DNA from: Moniliella sp. 'wahieum'
Lineage: Eukaryota
NCBI GenBank assembly: GCA_003971905.1
Contig: RSEE01000047.1
Coordinates: 124,001-188,000 of the forward strand
Direction of reading: 5' to 3'
Length of the DNA: 64,000 bases
The translations under genes were made by a program, and so were the position numbers. The notes under the pieces are model-generated. The model saw nothing but the letters and a program-made list of their open reading frames with translations, was not told the DNA's origin and made no database searches. Shown piece after piece: positions 1 through 12,445 of the stretch. Position 1 is the first letter of the stretch, and each line of letters starts with the position of its first letter.

Positions 1-327
1 CGGGGGCAGGCTGGGCAGGCTGAGGGGGATGGTGGGTGGCGGGATGGAGGAGAGGCTGGGATGCGGCGGCCGAGGCGATGCAGGGGGGGCGGTGGGGCGC
101 GGATCCCGGGGGTGGGCAAGGGCGCTAGGCACTAGCCCAGTCCTCGAGCTGCCGCTTCCTATGTTAAAGCACGACTGCCTCGCTTGGCTCCACTCGCAAA
201 TGAAAGTTGCAATCCCCACCCCGCAGCACCACAGGGCACAGGCCGATGATCGCTGACCTGTCCAGTCCCTCCTTCCCGCGGAGGCCGCCCGCCAGTCTAC
301 GCTGCGACAGACCACCACCTGCCCCGC

Positions 328-2105
328 ATGCCCATCGACCCGCAGTTCTTCAACCAGGCCATCAGCATCGCTGGCGGTCTCTTCAAGGAGTACGAGCAGC
401 AGCACCAAGGCTCCGGCGCCTCCACCGGCAATAGCTCCGGCCATGGCAACGGCAATGGCAATGGCAACGGCAATGGACAGAACGCTGCTCAGGGGCAAGG
501 CGACAACCCGCTCGGGGGCCTGCTCAACTCGTTTCTCGGCGGGCAGCAACAACATGGCAACTCTCAACCTGGCGGGAATGGGGGTGCCCTAGATGGGGGG
601 AACCCCCTCGGTGCGTTGGTTGGTGCTTTCCTGGGCGGCCAGAGCCAGGGTCCGAACCAAGGCGGGGGCGGAGGCCAGAACCAGGACCAGTACCAGAGCC
701 AGCACCAGAACCAGGGCCAGTACCAGAACCAGAACCAGAACCAGGGCCAAAACCAAAACCATAACCAGGGCCAAAACCAACAGAGCGGGGGGCCTCAGCG
801 GCCCCAATATGGTCACAGTCAGGGACAGGGCCAACAGGACGGTGGCTACTCAGCTCATCAATCCCGCCCACAAGGATTCCAAGGTCAAGAGAACGAGAGC
901 TACTCGGGTGGGGGCTATGGTCAGAGCCAAGGTGGCTATGGAGGTAACTCAAACCACTATGGAAGCAACGCAGATAACTACGGAGGCAACCCAGGCAACT
1001 ATGGGGGAAACCAGGACAACTATGGGGGAAACCAAGGCAACTATGGGGGCAACCAAGATGAGTTCGCGGGCAATCACAGTCACGAACACGAGAAGGAGCA
1101 CCACCACAAGAAGCATCACAAAGACAAGAGCAAGAGCAAGAGCAAGGCACGAGAGTGGGTACAGCTCCGAGGGGAAGAAGCATGAAAGGACCACGGGGGT
1201 GAGCATTCCAAGAAGCATCACAAGGACGAGAGCGGTACTCGAACCAAGGGTACCAAGGTGGCCAAAGTGCGTACCAGGAATCCGAGGGTACCTACGGTGC
1301 TCACGCTGCACCCTCGGGCGAGTCGCGCCCCGCAAAGCATGGGAAGCACACGGAGGAAGAACCGTCGTCGTTTGGTCAAGCACAGAGCACGGGAGTAGGG
1401 TACGCCGCGGCCTCCTACGGCGCATCGTCCCACGTTGTGTCTGGGGCAGGTGCGCTGGGTTCGGGTTCGGACACGTGGCCCGACGCACCACCTTCCTGGC
1501 ACGCCGCGGCGCAGGGCAAGATTGTGGAGCCCAAGGCGGATTACGGCGACAATCAAAAGAACAGTTCTGATCCGCAGTACCGTTCGTGGCGGGACGAGGC
1601 GCGGCGCGAAGGGGACTTGATGGCCCAGGCGTTTGACCAGTCCAAGAGGCGTATTCCTCGGGAGATGGTGCTCGGGCCAAGGACCTGTCCAACCAAGGTC
1701 ATGCCCACCAGACTCGACGGGACCAACTCAATCAGCAAGCTGCTCGTTGGATTTTCCAGGCCAACAACCAAGATTCCGGGTCGAACGAAGTGGACCTGCA
1801 TGGTCTGTTTGTCAAGGAGGCACTGGAAGTGACGCAGCAGGCGATTGCCGAGGCACGTCGCCGGAAGCTGGATGTGCTGCGCGTAATTGTAGGCCAGGGG
1901 GAGCACTCCCAAGGTCATGTGGCTAAGATCCAACCGGCGGGTGGAACAGTTGATGTCGGACGAGCACCTTAGTGCCTCGCTGGATGAGCATAATCGCGGA
2001 GTTGTCCTTGTCCATCTGCAGGGCGGGCAGGGAGAGTACTCCTCGGCCTCGAGCCGTGAGCTGTCGCGCTCGTTGGAGAACAACAATGCCTGCACCATCA
2101 TGTAG
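328..2105 (+). CDS. Smr-domain (DUF1771+Smr) protein with G/Q/N-rich N-terminus and C-terminal CaaX; frameshifted
   Basis: Joined frames read R.EARREGDLMAQAFDQS..., then DLHGLFVKEAL...LRVIVGQGEHS.GHVAKIQPA, ending ENNNACTIM* (TAG 2103-2105). Confidence 0.8.
970..1060 (+). repeat. 21-nt coding tandem repeat (NYGGNxx)n
   Basis: DNYGGNPGNYGGNQDNYGGNQGNYGGNQD in ORF 328..1185. Confidence 0.85.
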
Positions 2106-2807
2106 GCTCTTTCGACCCCCTTACCCCTATTGCATCTTTCCGCGTCCTCTCACCTGAGCGAGGGCCTTTAGTAGCATCCATAGTCCATTCCTGAATGTGA
2201 TCCATCAGGAGCGATTTGCAGCCGATCTTGGCACCTGGGGCTACAGAAAGATCATTCGATATTGATCTGGGTCAGCGGCAGGGTATCCTCTTCCGGCTCG
2301 GGCGCGTGAGTGGGGTACGGAAGGTAAGAACACTGATGAGTACCTTCCAAAACAAAGAGACGAGGTAAATAGACACCAAACGATTGGGCGGCGGCGCAAT
2401 TATCAACTATGAAGCCCATCTGTTGATGACGTTGATGGAACGGGGATCTATAGATCGACCAGACTGCACGCGTCACGAGTGGGCGAGGATGGGCCGGGAT
2501 GATCGGCCTTGACTTGGGCGTGGGCTGCCGTAGTAGTAGTGCGTGCCTGCAGCGCTGTCGAGGTCCAACTGTTCAATGAACTCTAAGCCAATCTCCGACC
2601 AACAGGTGGGGCCAAAGCCTAGTGCAACACACTCACAGTATACTGATCTGCCCAACCCAAGTGGGCGCGTGTCTGAGGTTCCTAATGGGAGGTTCCTAAT
2701 GGGAGGTGCTATTACCGTGGTATAAAATGACTCCCTGCACCCGATACCACGCTATGCTATGCTCCCAGCCCATCAGCCTTTCAATGTGGTACATATACAA
2801 TCCCCTG

Positions 2808-5800
2808 TCAGGCCTCACCTGCCGATCCTTCCCCAGCCGGGGGGCAGCAGGCACAGCGGTCGGCACAGCGACCGGCACTGAGGCCGTGGCTGGGGGGGCA
2901 CGCAGAACCAGCAGAACCAGCAAGCGTCCCGGCCTCCGCCATGGCCGGGGCGCCACCGCCTTGGGCGCTGGCTTGACCTCCATTTTCGTCGTGGAGCTGG
3001 GCCGCCTGGGCATGCTGTTCGGCGATCAGCTGATCTTGCCGCGGCGGCACAGGGTGCTCCGGGACGACCAACCGGCCAATCTTCCAGCGCGAGCCACACG
3101 CATTGCACAGCGTGCTCAGCCCGTGCGGCCCACGCCGCCACATGGGCGTGTGCAGCGTCCCACACGCATAACACGATTTGCGTGTCCCGTCGGGATTGTG
3201 GGTAGGGACGTGACGCGTTCGTCGTTTTTGGGCAAATGCTCCCCCGCCGGCGCGGTGCGCGGCACAGCGCGCGTCGGGGATTTGGTCCGCCGCCGCCCTA
3301 CCGCCGGAGGCGAATAGGTGACTTTGCGCGGTGCATACCGGTCTCGCTGGTTGTGGAGATGGTGTTCGAGTCCGTCGGGAAGACCTAGGTCGGAGGCCAA
3401 AGGCAGAGTACCCAATGGATCCAGTTGTGCCCCGGTGGGACCTGCTGAACGAGCCCGCTTAAGCTGAGCAACGAAATTCCGCGACACGCACTCCACCAAT
3501 GTTTGGGACAGTGAGGGCTCTCTTTCTTGCCCTGCGGGCAAGCTGTCCACCACCACACATCCAGGCAGGACCTCAGGCTCATCGGCTCGGGAGTTGAGAA
3601 GTTCTACCAGCTTGGGAGAGCGATAGGTGGGTGCAGCAAACGCATCGAAAAACTTCCAGAGCTCCGAGCGGGCCCCCTCACCCGTCGACGATCCTTCTCC
3701 TTGTCGCCGACAGCGGGTCGGATTTTCCAACTGACAGGGAAAAGGTCGTGTTGGTTCAGCTTGTCCCCCTTGGGGCGCGGCGAATCGGATGCTGCACCGT
3801 GGGAGGAGTCAACAGAGGATGACGTTGGTTCTTTGGCCACCTGTTCCCCCGCCACACCAAAAAGCGCATCAACCTTGTCCACGACGGGGGCCGAGTCAGA
3901 GCCCATGGATGGCGCCAAAAAGGACAGGGTCAACTCTTCTTGTGGCTTACCCTCTCCGCGAGCCCGCTCACATACCGCTCGCCACAGTGGCAAAACATAC
4001 CGGACTGTGGGGTTTTCGCGGAACTCAAAGAGCAGAACTGGGGTACCAGGATGGGGAGAGGGGAGGGCTTGGACGGCGGGGGTGCGCGCGGTACCTGTCG
4101 GTGCCCCAGGCGCTACCGCCTCAGGGGACATAGCCTGAGTGGGGCCCGCCGAACCGTGAGCAGTAGACCCTTCTACCCTGCTTGTTGTGGTGGATCCCGC
4201 AGTCTGAGTTGACGGCGCAGGCCCGGTGGCCAACGCTGAAGGAGGTAACACCACTGCGCTGGGGGGAGACACAGGAACAGGCGAGGGGCGAGCTGGGGGG
4301 GGCAGGGCCGTAGGAGACACTGGTCGAGCAGGGACGGGACATCGTCCAGAGCCGGGCGACTCTAGAAGGTCGAGAAACTCGTCCGACAAGTGACTACTGT
4401 CTTCCTGCGCAGGCGCATTGGCAGCAACAGTAGCACCGGGTGCAGAAGTCGACGGGATGCTGAGTCCGTCGGCGTAGACACAGGAGCGGGCGCTGGTATC
4501 GGTTGAGGGGGAGGCGCGGATGTTGCAGCGGGCAGTGGCAGGGATGCCGTCGTCGGGCACTTGAGGAGCCACTACGGGCGGTCGGGGGAGATGGACCGTC
4601 GGCGTGGGAGGTGGCGCGGGAGCTGGAGCAGGAGCTAACGCAGGAGCTGATGCGGGAGCTGATGCGGGAGCTGATGCGGGAACTGGTGCGGAAGCTGATG
4701 CGGGTGCTGGTGCGGGAACTGGTGCGGAAGCTGATGCGGGAGCTGGTGCGGGAGCTGGTGCGGGAGCTGGTGGGGAGTGGTGCGGAAGCTGGAGGCAAAG
4801 GCCCCGAGGGCCCCTGAGCAGAACGGGGAGGGGAGGACGGGGGAGGGCGCCGGGCGGCAGGGCTGGAGTCGGATGAGAGCCTGGTGGAGCTGGAGTCGGT
4901 GCCAGCGACGCGGCAGGCAGACGTTGTTCCTGCTTCAGTTCTTCGGTGATAGACTGGATATGTTGGCCCAGCACTCTGAGTTCCTGGGCAGAAGCTTTCC
5001 AGCAGCAGCAGCATGCAACAGAGCCTGCAGGCCAGGGTTGGTTGCTGCGCGCAGGTTGATTCTTGTAACCAAGTTGGGATCAAAATTGGGTGCTGCTACG
5101 GCCGGCGCCGAGGAGCGGAGCGAGGCAGTGGCGGAAGGACGCGGCGCTGGGGGACGGGAAGGATAGGTGGCTCGTGCGGATGGGAGGGGAGTGCCCGCAC
5201 CAAAGCCGAGCCGGGGCGGAGGAGGGGGCTTGGGTTTCTTGGGCTTCGGGACACGTGCCTTGCGCTCCCCTCCGGCCTCGGCCGGGGTTGATTGCGCTTA
5301 CGTGGTTTTGCGCGGGCCCGTCGCGCGGTAGTGGAGGTGGTCGCAGGCCGGGTAGGTGGGGATCCCGCTCGAGGCGCCAGGTGCGAGCCGGCTTCGCGGA
5401 CAGGAACACCAAATCCGGGCGCCGGTGGACCGCAGCGCCAAAAGCGTGTATGAACAAAGATATGGGGACCAATCTCCACGTCCGCCACACCCAGCGAGGT
5501 GAGGATCCATCCCGTGTCCATAAGACGCGCAATGTCTACGTGTTTTGAGGCGGGGGGTAAGCCAGCAACGCTGGCGGAAGGTTGGGGTTGAACACGTTGA
5601 CAGTGGCCGGGCGCGGCGAGTCCAGGGAGTGTAAAAGGAGTGGAGATGGGCCAGCGCGGATTGGCGCAGAGCCTGGAAAACCACCATCCTATACGAAACA
5701 ATGTGAGTACACGGACTAAGGGAACTGGGGGAGACGGCGGGGGGGGGGACGCGTACCGATCAGCCTCGCTCAACGACTGGGGTCGGGTGCTGTGCTCCGC

Positions 5801-6424
5801 TCCGTGTCCTCCAGACTGCTCAAGTCCGAGTCGTCCGATTCGGCAATAGCAGAGGAGAGGCCGGGTGCTCCCTCCCCATCGGATGAGGAACCGAGGTCGC
5901 CCGAGTCGCTCTCGCTTCCACGGTACACACCTGCGTGCCGGCTTGGATGCGGGCGACCTGGGGGTAGCATGGCGGGCAGCCGCCATGGCCGCTGGCCGGT
6001 CAGGCACAGACGATTCGGCCATAGGCGCATCGTCGTCCGAGGCAGACGGGGTGGCGGGCGGCGGTGGGCGAGGTGGCCGCTCCGCCAGGCGAAAGGGGAC
6101 GACAAGCTCTGGGTTGGGGGCACGTCGGCCACCGCGGCCGTAAGCGTGGGCGGGAGCTGGCCGGCGATGTTGCGACCACGCGCATGGGACACAATGCGGT
6201 CCGACACCCCAATCGTTCCCGACGCAACGGACGAGCGGGAGGGCCAGCGGAGATGGGCGTTGGGGCCGTCGGGGGCGCCATTCGGGCCGGACGGGCGGCG
6301 CTTACTGCTGACGGTTGCCCTGGGAGCCTTCTTGCCCGCGTCGGGCGCGCGCGGAGCGGGAGCGCCGTCGGCCACGGGGACGGATGCGGCCGCGCCGGCG
6401 CGGGGAGGGCTGGCGGACACTCAT
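2808..6424 (-). CDS. GATA zinc-finger protein with Swc3-like motifs; intron ~5673-5756; frameshifted; start approximate
   Basis: [26 protein letters not shown] (C-x2-C-x18-C-x2-C) near 3098-3175. Upstream minus-strand ORFs 3116-3730, 3604-4974, 5096-6022 and 5770-6420 chain together. Confidence 0.7.
4619..4772. repeat. 12-bp tandem repeat GGAGCTGRTGCG encoding Pro/Ala linker (PAPA/PASA) on the minus strand
   Basis: Directly visible repeat inside ORF 3604..4974. Confidence 0.9.
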
Positions 6425-6676
6425 GGCCGGCTCGCACGCTCCAGTGGCTGCGGCGGGTCGCAGCCCACCAATAAATAAGCGTGCTGCCCAACTAGCGACT
6501 TCGCTCCCGCCCCCCGGTTAACATTTCACATCGCCGCCCCGCCGGGCGGAATCGGCACCTCCCATTCCGCGCGCTGCATCTTCTTGCTGGGCCAAGGGCA
6601 CTCTGCGGGGCTTGGACGCCCACATCAACGACACCGCCGACGACGACTCTGCCGCGGCCGAGATCGCTGAGCGTCA

Positions 6677-7520
6677 ATGCTGCTGCCAACGACAACACGC
6701 CGCTGTGCGGCGCGGCACATGTGTGCCGTGTGTGCCGTCCGGAGTGCGGCACATCAGCATCAAGCCATCCAGGGCGTCTGCCCCCCAAAGCGCGGCCGCC
6801 GCATCAGCCCCAAACAAATCAGACGCCGCGCAAGTCGTGGCGGCACGAAAAGGTGCCGCGGCACATGTCTGAACCCATCGCATTTGAGGACCTGGTGGCC
6901 GAGGAGATTGTGGATGCCCCCGCTGGCAGGGCAAGGCCCAGAGTGCGGCCATTGCGCCGAAAAAGGAGTTGCCCTATGGCGTCCACCGTTCCCGTCAGTT
7001 GGACCTCCACCCCTGCTACCCAGCGGTTCGCGCGAGCTTCCGGTGTACGTCAAGTACCAGAAGATTCGCTCGCGTGTTCAGACGGAGATCAAGCACATAT
7101 GGGGCGATGTCGAGGTACGTTGGGTTATCTCTGCTGGCCCACTGGGTACCTCCTAACTTGAATTCACTTTGTCTCGTGCGTGTCCTGGCAGGCCATGGAA
7201 CGTGACCTGAGGGCCACCCTGCCCAGCTTGAAGGAAGAAATTGCCGCAGGTCCAACCCCAGGCCAACTGTTGCGCGCCAAGCACTTTGGCATCCCCGTGC
7301 CGCCCCTGACAACGGCCGTGTACGGCTACCTGGGTCTGGGATTGCAAAACCGCGGCAATGCTGGCAAAAATCATATGGGAGCAAGCCACACCTGGATGTG
7401 CCCAAATGGATTGCGAGCCAAGTGCACCCCGACGTGCTCAAGGAGCGCTCGGGCCGCATCTTGATTCGGGGCAACCGGGTGAGCGAAGTCAAGCGCTGGC
7501 TCCGCAAACGCGGGTTCTAG
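6677..7520 (+). CDS. IMG2: Mitochondrial ribosomal protein mL49/Img2-like; intron ~7115-7191
   Basis: LPVYVKYQKIRSRVQTEIKHIWGDVE|AMERDL... and C-terminal RGNRVSEVKRWLRKRGF*; Arg-rich N-terminus. Confidence 0.7.
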
Positions 7521-7751
7521 GCTGTCTCTCTCTATTGCATCCTTCTCCCCCGAGCTTGCTTTCCCAGACGGACGCGATATAGTCGTCGGCCATGATTTAT
7601 AGGACACTGTAGGGTATGCATCGGTGACTTGTGGTCATGAGCGTGAGCGAGGGACATGGGTGGGTGGGAGCACAGGTTAACAAACAATGCGCATGGGCAA
7701 CAGGATAAACATTAGGACAGCAGAAAGAAACTACGACATTCACACGGAGCA

Positions 7752-9616
7752 CTAGGCCCGCAAAGCAGGCAATTCAAAAGCCAAAAGCAGCAGCGGAGCG
7801 AACTCGACCCACCTGCTTACTGTGGGGATTCCTGTCCCGGCAGAGACGGGACAGAGGAGATGCGGAGTGAGGGCTAGACGTGGCCTCGGGTGGGAGGACC
7901 CGTGGCATGGGCATGCGCCCACGCTCGTTCTTGCGCATCGGACCGGTTGGCTTCGGCCACCGGGCACGGATGGCGGCGCGCAAGGAAGAACGTTTGCTGT
8001 CGCCGTGCCTGCGCACCTTGTTCTGCCCCCCGAGCGAAGCAATGGCGGGGATTGTGTCCCACGCGTTGGTATACTTCATCTTGCTGGGTATTCCCGAGGA
8101 TTGCGGAGGCGCAGGTGCCGATGGTGCAGTGGGGGCAGAGATGGGTTGTTTCGGTTTCGGATCCAGGTTCGGCGAAGAAGCGATCTTCCGGGAAAAATCG
8201 GGTTGCCTTGGGTGGCTGAGCACCATTCCTACCGACGGTGGGGGCACTTGCCCCTTATGCTGGGGGGGCTCCTTGTCGTCCGGAGGAGGAAGATAGGCCC
8301 CCCATTGGTCACCTTGAGTGGCGGCTAGGTGTTCCAGCATGTTCAATGACGTAGACGGTGTTGAATTTCCAATTCGGCCCGGTGCCGTGCTTGCGCCTCG
8401 GCCTGGTCTCGGTCGCGCTTGAAGTTATCCCAAGCATTATGGAGCTTGTGCTGGGCCAAGTCGGGCGGTGCTTGGACCCCGCGAGAAGGTGGGGAGGGGT
8501 CGGAGCATGCCACGCTACTGTGGGGGCTTCAAAAGAAGGTTTGGGCGTCTTCGCCTCCAAGGGAGGCGCCTCCGGCTGGGTAACGCTTGCGGCAAGAGCG
8601 TCTGTTTGCCCGGGAGAGAAGAGGAAGATATTGTTCAGCACAGCCTTGTCTGTTTGCTCTTCTACGCTCCATGGGGCTGGGGCAGAGATAGAAGCTTGAC
8701 CCAAGGCCAATGGATCAGGGTCGGGACGCGCAGCAACGTAAGTCTGCCACCAGGTGTAAGCCAGCGTGGAAAAGTCGCTTGCTAGCGGGGCCGAAGTGGG
8801 GAGGGACGGCTTGCTTCCCTGTGCAGCCCGGATGGGAGGCAGATCAAACCAGGGTTTGCGTGAGCCGATAAAATGAACCGCATATACCTCCTGACTGAAT
8901 CGATTCCAGGCAGGCGAATACGTATAGCCGGAGGTGGGGGTCACATTGTAAAGGAAACTCAGTCGTTCCCATTTGCCCTCGGCCTCGAAAAAATCGTTGA
9001 GCAATCCTTGGTCGGCACCGTCCCACGAAGGGGGTGCTGAACGCATACGCCGCGATCGCTGCAAATGTCTTTCCGACGGTTGCAATACCATCAGGCCCGA
9101 GTTGAACGAATCAGGCCAGCCAGCATCAGGCGCAGCGGCAACGGTAGTCGGGGCCAAAGGCAGGGAAAGGAGATGGTCAAGGGAACGAAGCGGTAAGATA
9201 TCGGCATCAATGTAAACGATTTGCTTGTACATGGTCAAGCGCCAGGCATGGACTTTGGTCATGGGTGCGCCTGCGTCACCGAGGTCAGGCCGATCAAGGG
9301 CGGCGAGGTTGCGCGCCTCTTCGGCTGCCAAGTGCGTTGCACGGCTGGAATGGGTGACGGCCAGGGCCGACAGGGAACGCAAGCTGAGGGGCTCGACGCC
9401 TACCACAAGGTCGAATGCCGCTCGGAGCGCGTGCTGAGTTGCGGGCTGCAGCGTTGCAGGTGTGGCGAGGACAGCAATGTCGAAGCGAGAGTGGCCACGG
9501 GAGCGGAGGGCGTGGGCGAGGGCAAGAGCGCCGGCAGCATAGGCGTCGGAGGTGACGAGCGTTACAAACGCCACGTCGGCTGTGGGGGGCGCAGCCAGCG
9601 GCGTGTCTGCGGGCAT
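7752..9616 (-). CDS. GLG: Glycogenin (GT8 family)
   Basis: AFVTLVTSDAYAAGA, TKVHAWRL..Y.QIVYIDAD, APDAGWPDSFNSG, SWDGADQGLLN, YNVTP, HFIGSRKPW; the tail is frameshifted. Confidence 0.9.
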
Positions 9617-9928
9617 GGTAGGGAGCGGGGAGGTGGTGGTGGGGCGGGTGGTGGCATGTGGGGGGAGTTGGCCCATCGCTCCATCGTTATCACCTGCGTG
9701 ATGGATGAGCTCATGAGAGAGGATGTGTGATGCCCGCCACAGCCGCCACTGCCCCCATGCGACACCCCACACGGCGGGTGCGGGCCACAGCGGAGGGTCA
9801 CGTGCGCCGTCACGTGGCTCGCTGGACGCGTGGGCTGTGTGGATGAGGAACGACACAACAGCGCACCCGAGCGCGGCGGGACGTCTGCTGCTGCCACCAC
9901 GCCTCGTCCCCTCGGCTGGCATACAAGC

Positions 9929-11513
9929 ATGCCCGCTGTGCGCTCCGCCGCGTGTCGCTGCGCCCGCCCGACTCGAGCTCCAGCCCACGCTCGGTGCCCC
10001 GCTCCCGCAAAAGCCAGCCCACCGCCGCCCCCAGCAGCAACGACGCCGAGGCGCTGGCGCTCGCCACCACCACCGCCCTTCACGCCCTGCCCACAGCCCC
10101 GCCCGGCCTGCCCCGGCCCTCTGCGCCGCCCACTGGCCGCTCCAAGGGCCGCGCGGCCACCGAATCGCTCGTGGCCGAGACCAAGCGTGTGCTCGCGGCT
10201 CTCGACCCGCTTGCCTCGCAGCACCACCCGCGCCACCGCCCGCGTCGCTCGTCCTTGGCCGGCTCGGAGGAGGTGGCGGATACGCTGCCGGCACCGAGCC
10301 TGGCTGCCTTCAAGGCGCAGCTGCTGGCTCGCTCTGCGCCGCCCACCCGCCGCTCTTCTCTCCCTGGCGCGGCGGCAGCCAGTGCAACCGAAGACGATGC
10401 CGCGTCGGCGGCGCATGTCGACTGGCCTATGTACCGCGACTGGCCCGAGGGGCTGCTGCTGGAAGAGGAAGCGATCCACGCCTATTTTCAACGGCTCAAG
10501 TTTATCTTTTTGGAACAGGCCACCAAACTGACCTTTTTGAACGATTGCCATGAAGACCCCGACACGGGCAAAGAAGGCGTCGTGCACAATCCCGCTTCTG
10601 TTCGCGAGCTGGAAGAACGCGCGGCTCAAGCCAAGGAGGAGCTCGCCCAGGCCAAGGCCCAAGTGCGAAACTTACGCAAGGAGATTGATCAGCAAGTTGC
10701 CGCCCTCGCCCGACCTTGGGCTCAGCTCGAAGCCGAGGCAAGCGAAGCACGCACCCTCGTTGCCGAGTTGGCCGATATGGAGTTGGAGCTGGCCAAGATT
10801 CGCGCCACCTCGGGCCGGGCACGCCGGCGCAGTTCGGGCGCCGGTCGGGCCAGTGGCATTTCCCTCTTTCATCCGACGCATCTCAACCCAAGGAAGAAGA
10901 AGATCCAGACGAAGAGGATGCCCTTCCTGGTACAGCAGATGTCGACGCGACCGTTCCACCTCCCGTCGGGACCTTGACCGTTGCTGAGGCCGAGGCATTC
11001 TGCGAAGCCCAATTGGAGCGGATGCAAGTCCTTTCTTCCGAGACGGAGCGACTCCAGAGCCAGACCAAGGAGGCCGAGACCGCGCTCAAGGCGGCGCTTC
11101 GTCGGGCCGAACGTAAGGCAGCAGCCGAGCGCAAGCAGCATGAAGCCAATCTGGAGGAAATGCGGGCCGGAGCGCGGGACTTGCGGATCGAGGAGCTGTG
11201 CACCTCCCGTCCCCCTCTCGCTTTGCTCCGCTCAGCCATGGGCGTGGAGGAGGTGGAGGTACCTGCGCCCAATGAACTCCACGTGACATACTCAATTCCT
11301 CAAGAGACGAGAAAAGTCAAACTTGTCCTCACGTATGGACCGGGGGGAGCAGCTCTCGATCATTATTGCGTCGTCGATCCCACGGACGATTCCGATACGC
11401 CTCTCGACCCAGAGCAAGTCGCTTTGCTCGATGCTGCCTCCGAGGCCAATCAGACGGCTGCCTTGGTGCACAACCTCTGGGCGGCTTGCCTCTCGAATTC
11501 GGTCAAGGCCTAG
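9929..11513 (+). CDS. Kinetochore protein Sos7/Kre28-like coiled-coil protein
   Basis: YFQRLKFIFLEQATKLTFL followed by long coiled coils (ELEERAAQAKEELAQAK; ELADMELELAKIRA); frameshift near 10850. Confidence 0.55.
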
Positions 11514-11687
11514 CTAGCACTGCTAAGATTCTGTTGTGAATGGTTACGTTCAGTTATGCTATTAAACTAAGATTGAATCCGTTGGCGTCGCTCTTGTTTG
11601 CATTAGAAAGGGACCACACGGGCAAGTGCACATGCTACTATCCAAAGGAGAATGTCAATCCATAGACATGGTTGATGGTGGCAGAGA

Positions 11688-12370
11688 TCAAGTGCTCGTT
11701 TCAGTTGTTAGACGTCTCGCATCAACCTCAGCCTGTTCGCGTCGAAGCTCGTTTTGAACCGCCTTGTGTTCCTCCGAGGCCTTGGCCACCGACTCTTCGA
11801 TTTCCTCTTGCACCAATTCGGGGTGGGTGACGGCGTGCTTGTGTTGGATCTTGCGCTCCAGCTCGTAAAAGCTCTTCATGACGGGGTCCATGATCATGTC
11901 CACCGGGTACATCCGATCGATGGCCTGGTCCAGCTCCTGTTTCTTGCGCTGCGCAGGTGTCAAGCGCGCCGCTTCGGCCTTGGCAGCCGCTTGCTTTGCC
12001 TCTTCGTCCGCAGGGAAAAGCCCCAATCGGTCGGTGTTCCATTCGTCCCGCGTTACCGCCGGCCTCAAGGCGGCAATCTTCTTTTGGCGAGCTGGAGGCG
12101 TTCCCGATATTCTTCCAGCGCATCCCCATACAGATCATACACACACACGGAACATCCCGACATGCAGCAGTCGCCCGGGCCAGGCGGGTTGGGTGGCGTG
12201 GGCAACTTGATGTTCCGCACCCACACCGGTGGCGCATTCGTTGCCCCACACCGGGTTGTACCCGCCGCTGGAAATCTTTTCCTCCTTGTCGGCTTCGGCG
12301 GCAGGCGGTTTGGCCTCGGCGCGCAAGCGAGGCCACCGGTCAGAAAGATTGAGCCGGCGCAAGCGCAGAG
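11688..12370 (-). CDS. Oxidoreductase-like (OXLD1/UPF0651/DPC25-type) domain exon; apparently the 3' exon of the COQ8 gene
   Basis: A frame absent from the ORF track reads IKLPTPPNPPGPGDCCMSGCSVCVYDLYGDALEEY (~12210-12110). C-terminal DPVMKSFYELERKI. It is preceded by a splice acceptor (TATAG ending 12371), not by a start codon. Confidence 0.8.
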
Positions 12371-12445
12371 CTATAGAGTTGTGTCACAACAGAACAAAAC
12401 CACAAAAAAAAACAAAATCACATGCCCGTTAGTCATCTTTATTGC

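Noticed and set aside
1917..2105. Short CaaX ORF as a mating pheromone precursor
   Set aside because: It is the frameshifted tail of the Smr protein; there is no receptor gene or independent start context.
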